A stretch of 49,666 nucleotides of DNA. Source: a virus. The notes under the pieces were generated by a model. The model worked only from the letters and a program-made list of their open reading frames with translations. It did not search any database and was not told the DNA's origin. Positions 19,477-25,669 of the stretch are shown piece after piece. Location: the IMG/VR virus record IMGVR_UViG_3300045988_171666; one strand, written 5' to 3'. Positions within the stretch are counted from its first letter, which is position 1; each line of letters opens with the position of its first letter. Both the position numbers and the translations under genes were made by a program.

Positions 19477-19758
19477 TCACCTTTTATACCTACTGATATA
19501 ATCAGTCAAGCGTTCAGCTTGCAATTTTGTTATCTTTGTAAATGAAATCTTCTTCTTAAGTGTCTCAAAACCAAATTCATCTATAAACTTACCAATTGAA
19601 ACATTTAAAAACATAGAAGGCAAAGAAGACACACCTTCCATATCGATGGTAATCTTGTCCGAAGAATTCATATTCTCTCTGATTATATCATAGAGACTAC
19701 TTCCTGCCATAGGAAAATCCTTTCCTTCCATCACGTCATAAAGTTTAATTGTACACAT
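19477..19758 (-). CDS. STAS-like (DUF4325-type) small protein
   Basis: 93 aa. The pattern KITIDMEGVSSLPSMFLNVSIGKFIDEFG resembles the STAS / anti-sigma-antagonist core. AGAGGA precedes the ATG, 20 nt after the GHKL gene stop. Confidence 0.6.
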   Translation of the reverse strand: MCTIKLYDVMEGKDFPMAGSSLYDIIRENMNSSDKITIDMEGVSSLPSMFLNVSIGKFIDEFGFETLKKKISFTKITKLQAERLTDYISRYKR

Positions 19759-19778
19759 AGTATCCTCTTTTTATTTAG

Positions 19779-20657
19779 TTAAAAATCAAACTCGTCTAAA
19801 ATTTCTTCTTCTTCCAAATTTCCTAAATATAATTCGAAATATATCAACGTCCCATTAAAATCAAAATCAATATTGTCAATTTTAACTTCATGCTTCTTTA
19901 ATAAACGAGCTGTATTGCAAATTATTCTTACTGCATCAGCGCACGATAATATATTATCTAGGCCTTTTCCTTTATTATGAACCTTAGATCCAACTGTAAA
20001 ATCAACCTCTATAGACTTTTTCAAAGCATCGCTATCTGATATTATAGTGGAATCAAAATTTCTGACAGATTTTGATATACCTTTCCCGAAATCACAAATA
20101 GCTACACGCAAGACTTCATCCTGTCCTTCATATTTAATAAATGAAAAAGCATTACCATTTGCATCAGCATGATCAAAAACATTATAAAATGCTTCTACTA
20201 TGCTAAGCGAAATTATACTTAAGTCTTTACCTCTAAAGAAATTCTTTTTAAAATATTGTTCTACCTCTATTGCATATGCGTCTTTTTGATTCTCAACTAT
20301 ACGCCATAAATTAAATATATTATCACTTTCAGAATCCACATGATCTTTACTGTAATTCCAATACTCTCTAAATTTAAGATCTTCAAAAAACAGCTTCTCT
20401 ATAGATTCATTTGATATCCGTATAGTATGTTCTTCTACATTAACTAAAAATTCAATCAAACATGCAATTGTAACAACATGAATAGGCTGAAATAATTCAG
20501 GAGACAATGTATCCTTAAAAACAAAAGTTATTTGTTTTTGATAATTTTCTTTTTTATATTCATTCCTGATAGTAGCGATTTGTCTCAGCCAATCCGCTCT
20601 TTTCAAAGAGTTAAAATATATGTTCGTATTATCCATGTTTTGAAGAACATTATTCAT
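19779..20657 (-). CDS. GHKL (HATPase_c-type) ATPase / Ser-protein-kinase-like protein with an unknown N-terminal domain
   Basis: 292 aa. Bergerat-fold motifs occur in order: N box EAFYNVFDHA, G1 DFGKGI, G2 NKGKGLDNI, then NGTLIYFEL. No DHp/His phosphotransfer region is visible. Confidence 0.7.
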   Translation of the reverse strand: MNNVLQNMDNTNIYFNSLKRADWLRQIATIRNEYKKENYQKQITFVFKDTLSPELFQPIHVVTIACLIEFLVNVEEHTIRISNESIEKLFFEDLKFREYWNYSKDHVDSESDNIFNLWRIVENQKDAYAIEVEQYFKKNFFRGKDLSIISLSIVEAFYNVFDHADANGNAFSFIKYEGQDEVLRVAICDFGKGISKSVRNFDSTIISDSDALKKSIEVDFTVGSKVHNKGKGLDNILSCADAVRIICNTARLLKKHEVKIDNIDFDFNGTLIYFELYLGNLEEEEILDEFDF

Positions 20658-20699
20658 ATATACAACAATTTTTATCTGCTGAATATTATCAGTTTCTAT

Positions 20700-20840
20700 T
20701 TAAAAAAGCAAAATAAATAATAGCAAAACAATCAACACACCAGCTATAACCTTGCTTATATGGTTTTTGCTGTGACGCACTTCATTCAGAGCCGCACCGA
20801 TCAGCATAACAAAACCTAATATAGCTACAAATGTCAGCAT
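20700..20840 (-). CDS. Small two-TM membrane protein (46 aa, below the ORF-track cutoff)
   Basis: Manual translation gives MLTFVAILGFVMLIGAALNEVRHSKNHISKVIAGVLIVLLLFILLF. Co-oriented within the operon. Confidence 0.35.
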   Translation of the reverse strand: MLTFVAILGFVMLIGAALNEVRHSKNHISKVIAGVLIVLLLFILLF

Positions 20841-20853
20841 ACTGCAAATATAA

Positions 20854-20985
20854 TCATTCTTTTGGAAGAAGCAAGCGTAACAGCTCCTCCAATCTCATGG
20901 CGGCATGCATTCGTTCTTCTTTACTATATTGTCCGTTTACATCGGTAACGATGTCGAGTAGGCGCAGGGCTTCTTGGAGTTTCAT
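20854..20985 (-). CDS. Small helical protein (43 aa, below the ORF-track cutoff)
   Basis: Manual translation gives MKLQEALRLLDIVTDVNGQYSKEERMHAAMRLEELLRLLLPKE. Its ATG overlaps the upstream stop (ATGA). Confidence 0.3.
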   Translation of the reverse strand: MKLQEALRLLDIVTDVNGQYSKEERMHAAMRLEELLRLLLPKE

Positions 20986-21227
20986 TTCGGTTCCTCCTTT
21001 CCTTCAAACAAACATAATCTTTTTTTCAGAAAACTTAGAGCCGCAATAAGCGACAATGATTCTTTTTCAGAAAGTACACCCGGGGCATCATGCTCGCATG
21101 CAATGAAAGTGATAGCGCTGTCAATGGCCTTAACATCTTCTTCTAACCCACCTTTATCATTTTCCTGCCAATATCTGATCGCATCCAGCATTAGGTTTGA
21201 TATACATATATCTTCCAGTCTAATCAT
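20982..21227 (-). CDS. Hypothetical 81-aa protein
   Basis: ORF overlaps the upstream gene by 8 nt and the downstream ORF by 4 nt, suggesting translational coupling. Confidence 0.45.
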   Translation of the reverse strand: MIRLEDICISNLMLDAIRYWQENDKGGLEEDVKAIDSAITFIACEHDAPGVLSEKESLSLIAALSFLKKRLCLFEGKEEPK

Positions 21228-21462
21228 TTGGGCCTCCTTTCTTCGCTGAGTTATAAACGAACCAAGCTACGATGACCAGTGGTAAGAACACTGGAGACAG
21301 CATAGCCAATAAAGCTACCGTGTACATTTTAGCCTCGTAAATGGATTTACAGGAGGCGATACCAAGAGGCAACAGGTTGTAGAACTTCTGGACGGTTGTC
21401 CAAGAAAAGAGATCATGTTCCCGGCTCCGGGAAGATGATACGGTTAATGAATTTGTTTTCAT
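21220..21462 (-). CDS. Small membrane protein, paralog A
   Basis: 80 aa with a hydrophobic core (MYTVALLAMLSPVFLPLVIVAWFVY). A close paralog lies at 30240..30512. Confidence 0.55.
   Translation of the reverse strand: MKTNSLTVSSSRSREHDLFSWTTVQKFYNLLPLGIASCKSIYEAKMYTVALLAMLSPVFLPLVIVAWFVYNSAKKGGPND
21233..21410 (-). repeat. Dispersed direct repeat, copy A (partner 30250-30427)
   Basis: 178 nt colinear with the partner, offset exactly 9,017 nt, no indels. My manual count gives about 21 mismatches. A 49-nt stretch is perfectly identical (21321-21369 = 30338-30386). Confidence 0.9.
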
Positions 21463-21532
21463 AACGTTGTGACTTTAGCGTATGGGCAGAAAAAAAGCGG
21501 CTGCCATTTCCACTCGCTAAAGTCACAACGTT
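21463..21532 (-). promoter_or_regulatory. Perfect 18-bp stem hairpin abutting the start codon of 21220..21462 (candidate translational sequestor)
   Basis: aacgttgtgactttagcg (21463-21480) is the exact reverse complement of cgctaaagtcacaacgtt (21515-21532). In the mRNA sense the 3' arm ends directly at the ATG (21462). Confidence 0.6.
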
Positions 21533-21662
21533 ACGTTCCCGAAGGTACGAAAATTGTAGGAAAGGCAACCGCCAATATTTTTATACAACAAAGTAAGGCA
21601 TAAAAAAGCCCTGACTATCAAAAATATGTCCGAGCAATAACCGATGCTCAACGAGAACGACA

Positions 21663-21680
21663 AACGTTCGTGACTTTAGC
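21663..21680 (-). promoter_or_regulatory. Third copy of the stem sequence (candidate anti-sequestor)
   Basis: aacgttcgtgactttagc matches the 21463-21480 arm except for one inserted c, so in the RNA it can pair with the same partner arm. Confidence 0.45.
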
Positions 21681-21684
21681 TGAT

Positions 21685-21718
21685 GCAAATATGGTAAAAG
21701 TTTTTGAGATGGCAATGC
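21685..21718. promoter_or_regulatory. Repeated promoter module, copy 1
   Basis: gcaaatatggtaaaagtttttgagatggcaatgc. The minus strand reads TTGCC..N..TATTTGC (Bacteroidetes -33/-7-like), upstream of the structured leader. Confidence 0.5.
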
Positions 21719-21732
21719 TAATTAAAAGAAAT

Positions 21733-22482
21733 CTACCAATCTTCCTCCTCTGTTTTTAGCTGAGACACTCCATTGAATATGTTATTTTCAATCTGATATA
21801 GCCTATATAGCTGTTCTAGTAGGACTTGTGTTCTTACATTTATGTAATGGGCATCTGTTCGTTTACTTTTAGTAAGTCCTAGTCCATCGGAAACAAACGA
21901 TGTTAAATAAAAATCCCTAGTCAAGTAAGTTTCTATAGGGGCTTCGGCTTCATTTAAATCTCCTTTCTCTACATAAATATCATATAAATCTATTTTGTAC
22001 CTATTATCTCGTACTTGGATTTTCAATGTAAAATGTATCGGTACACTTCCTACATATTTACCCATTAACCCCATACTGAAAATTAAATAACCTTCAGTCA
22101 TACCTTTGCAAACAAGGATACCTGTTTCTTTATCTTGCATTTGCAAAATATTTTTAGCACTAACGAAAACATCAACCAATGATTGATAGATATTGTCGTA
22201 TAGTGTTCCTTTACCAAGCCCTTCAACTTGTCTGACGTAAGAAATAGTAAAACTTCCATCATCATTAAAAGGTACTGAAGACAATATTTCAATCATATCT
22301 TCCTTTTTTAATTTGGGTAACTTCTTATCTTCTATCTTCCTTTTTTCAAAGTTTGAATATTTTTGGTAGATAAATTCTTTAAATTCTTCTTGCGACATAG
22401 GATTTCTTACAATTTCGAAATCTTGTGCAAAAGCGTTTGTGCTAAGTAGTGTAACAAATAAGATACAGATTAGGTGTTTCAT
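21733..22482 (-). CDS. Secreted protein, DUF4468-like
   Basis: ATG at 22482 gives the signal peptide MKHLICILFVTLLSTNAFAQ; the track start at 22515 is TTG. The core GSFTISYVRQVEGLGKGTLYDNIYQSLVDVFVSAKNILQMQDKETGILVCKG fits the DUF4468 pattern. Confidence 0.55.
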   Translation of the reverse strand: MKHLICILFVTLLSTNAFAQDFEIVRNPMSQEEFKEFIYQKYSNFEKRKIEDKKLPKLKKEDMIEILSSVPFNDDGSFTISYVRQVEGLGKGTLYDNIYQSLVDVFVSAKNILQMQDKETGILVCKGMTEGYLIFSMGLMGKYVGSVPIHFTLKIQVRDNRYKIDLYDIYVEKGDLNEAEAPIETYLTRDFYLTSFVSDGLGLTKSKRTDAHYINVRTQVLLEQLYRLYQIENNIFNGVSQLKTEEEDW

Positions 22483-22510
22483 GTTTAATTTTGTATTGAT
22501 TATTATGGAT

Positions 22511-22566
22511 CGCAAGTAGGGAAAAGTTTTTGATATGGCAAAGAAACCAAGTATCTTTGTGGAAAA
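22511..22566. promoter_or_regulatory. Repeated promoter module, copy 2 (apparently bidirectional)
   Basis: Plus strand has TTTG (22529-22532), N19, then TATCTTTG (22552-22559), 17 nt before the ATG at 22577. Minus strand has TTTGCC..TACTTGC ahead of the ATG at 22482. Confidence 0.6.
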
Positions 22567-22576
22567 GAATTGCGAT

Positions 22577-22750
22577 ATGAATACAACAGATTACGATATC
22601 TATAAAATCAGACAAGAGCAGCTGTCGTTAAGCCGTCGTATCACTCGCATAGAAAATATGATACACGCAATCAGACCTACTCGATTAATCTACGTATTAG
22701 GTTTCCTATCGGGTTTCCTGCTAAACTATCTACTACGGCACCTGTTATAG
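22577..22750 (+). CDS. Small protein with a C-terminal TM helix (57 aa)
   Basis: MNTTDYDIYKIRQEQL...LIYVLGFLSGFLLNYLL, preceded by a consensus-like promoter. Its 3' end overlaps 22677..23108 convergently by 74 nt. Confidence 0.35.
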   Translation: MNTTDYDIYKIRQEQLSLSRRITRIENMIHAIRPTRLIYVLGFLSGFLLNYLLRHLL

Positions 22751-23108
22751 CGGCCAAGACCCACCAAGCGAATTTAAACAAGGAGACCCAGCCGTTAGCC
22801 ACGTCAAGTTTTAATTTTTTATCTTCCAGTTCTTCTTTATCTGCTGACTTTTGCAGATGTTTTTTCAATCCAATAGTAGCAATACTTTCTCCTTCATTGG
22901 TTAGTATCAGCCAATATTCATCCTTTCCCATATATTCGATCGCATGATACCGCTTCATCAGCGTCTCCTTCATATACTCATAATCCATCGTGTGATTATC
23001 ATAGTCCGGAAGGCCATTATAAAATTGGTCTATATTACAGCGACCAGCATTTTGTTTCACCGTGGCAAGTATCTTATCCGCTATCTCGTATTGTTTTTCT
23101 GTAAACAT
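22677..23108 (-). CDS. Hypothetical protein with a C-terminal TM helix
   Basis: 143 aa from the ATG at 23108 (the track start at 23114 is TTG). C-terminal sequence is WVSLFKFAWWVLAAITGAVV. Confidence 0.5.
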   Translation of the reverse strand: MFTEKQYEIADKILATVKQNAGRCNIDQFYNGLPDYDNHTMDYEYMKETLMKRYHAIEYMGKDEYWLILTNEGESIATIGLKKHLQKSADKEELEDKKLKLDVANGWVSLFKFAWWVLAAITGAVVDSLAGNPIGNLIRRLIE

Positions 23109-23237
23109 TATCAAAAGAGAATAGCCTGTATTTCTGAGGGTGCATCCTCATACTCTACAGGCCATTAAAAAACCAATTGGCATATCTTTTCCGAAGGTCA
23201 CCGCATGCACTCGGTTCTACTCGGTTTCTAATCTTTT

Positions 23238-23295
23238 CGTAAAGATGGGGAAAGTTTTTGGTAACACAATGCTTTCCACGTATTTTTGTGGAAAA
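23238..23295. promoter_or_regulatory. Repeated promoter module, copy 3
   Basis: Plus strand has TTTG (23257-23260), N20, then TATTTTTG (23281-23288) followed by TGGAAAA, 17 nt before the ATG at 23306. This is the same layout as copy 2. Confidence 0.6.
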
Positions 23296-23305
23296 TGTTA
23301 TTCCT

Positions 23306-23488
23306 ATGAAATCAATAATCAATTATTTTCGCAAACGTAAAGAGGAACGTCTTCGTGAACGTTGTGTTAAGTATGCCATTAAAGCCCACGAAGGACGGGA
23401 TAAAGGTTTTACTGTCAGCGATTCAGCCCAAGACATTGAATTGTATATAAAAGACGGTATGACATCCCAAGGAAAAAGGCATCAATAA
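23306..23488 (+). CDS. Small basic protein (60 aa)
   Basis: MKSIINYFRKRKEERLRERCVKYAIKAHEG.... The ATG is at the conserved distance from the promoter module; the track start at 23258 is TTG and lies inside the promoter. Confidence 0.35.
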   Translation: MKSIINYFRKRKEERLRERCVKYAIKAHEGRDKGFTVSDSAQDIELYIKDGMTSQGKRHQ

Positions 23489-23823
23489 GGTTTCTTATAA
23501 GGCAAAACAACAGGTAACTTGAACCTTATTCGGTTCGCCTCATTTCCATTGCTTCCTTCTTTGGTTGAAGCGCCTATACCTACTACACTGGCTAATACAC
23601 CGATCTTTCCGCTATTTTCCTTTATTTCAGAGGTGCTGACTTGTAGATCAAACTCTACTGATGAAACAATAACACCTTCACTATTGTCTATCGTCTCAAA
23701 GTTTGTATTCTCTGCATAGCATGGATTTACCACTACTCCTTTATCTTTCAATTCATCATCTAATTCATAAACAGCTTCCGAAAGCTGGGTTATAGCGGAT
23801 TTAATAAATTCTTTTAGTTCCAT
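23482..23823 (-). CDS. trypco2-like (trypsin-co-occurring domain 2) small protein
   Basis: 113 aa from the MELKEF start. It follows the pattern N-terminal helix (MELKEFIKSAITQLSEAV), then VSSVEFDLQVS, a Gly-rich segment (GKIGVLASVVGIGAS), then RIRFKLPVVLP. Confidence 0.45.
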   Translation of the reverse strand: MELKEFIKSAITQLSEAVYELDDELKDKGVVVNPCYAENTNFETIDNSEGVIVSSVEFDLQVSTSEIKENSGKIGVLASVVGIGASTKEGSNGNEANRIRFKLPVVLPYKKPY

Positions 23824-24026
23824 AAACAACAAAGCCCGCATTTCAGACCGGCCATGATCCTACTTTGCGGGCTTTTCCTTCAATGAAGTTTATCTTTTTC
23901 AAATATCTCGCATGGCCTCAATATAGTACAAGAAAATACGGAATGGTTTAAAGATATACTTTTATTTTGAGTTAACAAAAAATCTTTGTAAGGATATTAC
24001 AGGGATTGGATTATTTTAATATACTT

Positions 24027-24440
24027 TTATACCAAGTTCAATTTAGTAATCCGGCGACTGATGTCTTTCAGCGCCATATCCAGAATAGCCAGTTCTTCCT
24101 GTGTGAATTTGCAAATTTTACCGTGTACGCTGTTCCCGTTTAATCGTTGGTAGAACCAAGAGGATGATTTCCCGAAATAATCTTTGGCTAGATTAGAGAC
24201 GGACAGGTATGGTAAAACGGGACTCAGTCGCTCACGAATAGTTAGCTGCTCCTTGATGTCCGCGATCTCTTTATGGATGTTTTCAAAGTCATTTTGCACA
24301 CCTGCGGTAAGCAGTTCGGTTTCCTTTTCATCCATGCTATCCAACAGATCGGTAATTTGTCGGTCTATGGTAGGGCGGTCATTCTCCGGGGATTTTTTCC
24401 AAAGTTCCTTTAGTTCAAAAAAACGCTTTACTTTATCCAT
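24027..24440 (-). CDS. DUF5053-like protein (Bacteroides mobile-element family)
   Basis: 137 aa. The C-terminal pattern LSVSNLAKDYFGKSSSWFYQRLNGNSVHGKICKFTQEELAILDMALKDISRRI is typical of that family as I recall it. Confidence 0.5.
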   Translation of the reverse strand: MDKVKRFFELKELWKKSPENDRPTIDRQITDLLDSMDEKETELLTAGVQNDFENIHKEIADIKEQLTIRERLSPVLPYLSVSNLAKDYFGKSSSWFYQRLNGNSVHGKICKFTQEELAILDMALKDISRRITKLNLV

Positions 24441-24477
24441 CTTATTCTGTTTTTTGAGTTACACATGAAAGGGAAAC

Positions 24478-24500
24478 TCCCCCTCTGGCCTGGAGGGGGA
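24478..24500 (-). terminator. 8-bp GC-rich hairpin after the 57-aa ORF (weak terminator candidate)
   Basis: tccccctc (24478-24485) pairs with gaggggga (24493-24500). The downstream minus-strand sequence is only moderately T-rich. Confidence 0.3.
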
Positions 24501-24512
24501 GAACCTTTCTGG

Positions 24513-24686
24513 TCAATAATACTTTCCAAGTTCCTTAAGTTCTTTCTCAAGTCTCTTGATCTCTTTATCAACCACCGCTTTCATGAATTTGCTTCTCGAA
24601 GTCAGTTCATGATACTTGCGGAGATAAAAAAGGAGATCTTTTTCTGCCTCTTCTATCCGGGCTTTTAGCCCATCGTCACTATGCAT
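24513..24686 (-). CDS. Small coiled-coil protein (57 aa, below the ORF-track cutoff)
   Basis: Manual translation gives MHSDDGLKARIEEAEKDLLFYLRKYHELTSRSKFMKAVVDKEIKRLEKELKELGKYY. A consensus promoter lies directly upstream. Confidence 0.4.
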   Translation of the reverse strand: MHSDDGLKARIEEAEKDLLFYLRKYHELTSRSKFMKAVVDKEIKRLEKELKELGKYY

Positions 24687-24710
24687 AGAGCTCTTGTCTT
24701 AATGACATCA

Positions 24711-24764
24711 CAAAGATAATAAAAATATTATCAATGGCAAACGTTTGGTAATATTTTTATTATC
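24711..24764 (-). promoter_or_regulatory. Consensus Bacteroidetes-type promoter embedded in a perfect 16-bp inverted repeat (operator candidate)
   Basis: Minus strand has TTTG, N19, then TATCTTTG (24711-24718), 24 nt before the ATG at 24686. The arms gataataaaaatatta (24715-24730) and taatatttttattatc (24749-24764) are exact complements. Confidence 0.6.
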
Positions 24765-24868
24765 ATAGTATCTGGATTGGAGATAATAACAAAACCGCTC
24801 CACCTTCACAGGCAAAGCGGCTGTCCATTACTAATCTAAAAATCTAATACCATGAAAAACACCTATTA

Positions 24869-25669
24869 CTACATATCTTGTTTCTTTTTCTCCTCTTTTT
24901 CGATCGCTACTTCTAGGGTATAGAGAGCGTCGTATAAAAGGGATTGTTTTACCTGTTCTTTCTTGGTCACGTCTCCGCTGGCCATCTCATCCACGATGCG
25001 TTGTTGCGTGTCGAATATATCCAAAGGGGCTTCATTCCCTCCGGAGGAGAATACCCGGGAGAACTTTGCTTGTATGAAATTCATGCTACCTAGGTAGTAC
25101 CAGAACATGACTGTCTTTACGATCGGCTCTACATTCCGGAACCAAGCCGGATCACCGTCCTCACGTATGGAGAATGAGCCGTCTTTCCAGATTATGGATA
25201 GGAAGTTATCCAATGCCTCGAAGAAATCCTGTCTCATCCGCTGTTGCCAAGTCTGTAGCATGATGAACTGTCCGTAGCTGATATTGGTCAGGCCGTCTTC
25301 CGGGCCGTATAACTCGATATCTTTGTCTTTGTAGACGGGGAATGGGTTACGGGTTAAGCGGATATCCAGCTCGATCCCTTTTTCTGTCTCTTGGAATAAG
25401 AAATCAAAGATGGTGCTCAACGCCGCCAGTTGCTCGGCCGTGATCCATATACGATTTTTGGGAAGGGAAACGGCGTAACCGGTTCCATTGGCTTTCTGGT
25501 ATCGCCGGATTCTCGCGGACAGGCAAAACAATAGCATCTTGACCTTGGCTTCTTGGGCCGTACTTTTCGAGTTCAAAATATTGGCGAGAAAGCAAAGCTG
25601 TTCCGTTGTCATCTCATCCCATGTGCCGGGCACGAGGTAATCGATATCTTTGATCGTTATTTTTCTCAT
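24869..25669 (-). CDS. Hypothetical virion-module protein
   Basis: 266-aa ORF, 4-nt overlap with the upstream gene, GC-rich like the structural genes. Confidence 0.5.
   Translation of the reverse strand: MRKITIKDIDYLVPGTWDEMTTEQLCFLANILNSKSTAQEAKVKMLLFCLSARIRRYQKANGTGYAVSLPKNRIWITAEQLAALSTIFDFLFQETEKGIELDIRLTRNPFPVYKDKDIELYGPEDGLTNISYGQFIMLQTWQQRMRQDFFEALDNFLSIIWKDGSFSIREDGDPAWFRNVEPIVKTVMFWYYLGSMNFIQAKFSRVFSSGGNEAPLDIFDTQQRIVDEMASGDVTKKEQVKQSLLYDALYTLEVAIEKEEKKKQDM

Noticed and set aside
22535-22576. A longer 71-aa form of the plus-strand small ORF, starting at 22535.
   Set aside because: That ATG lies between the -33 and -7 boxes of the promoter, so it would not be in the transcript. The ATG at 22577 was preferred.
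23832-23874. A 9-bp-stem hairpin (aagcccgca / tgcgggctt) as a terminator after the DUF5053-like gene.
   Set aside because: The loop is about 25 nt and the trailing T-run is interrupted. It may still fold, but the evidence is too weak to annotate. It does argue against the ATG at 23841 being the real start of the trypco2-like gene.
24465-24668. A 67-aa plus-strand ORF.
   Set aside because: The opposite strand carries a 57-aa coiled-coil ORF (24513..24686) with a consensus promoter and co-orientation with its neighbours. The plus-strand frame begins inside a hairpin and has no promoter.
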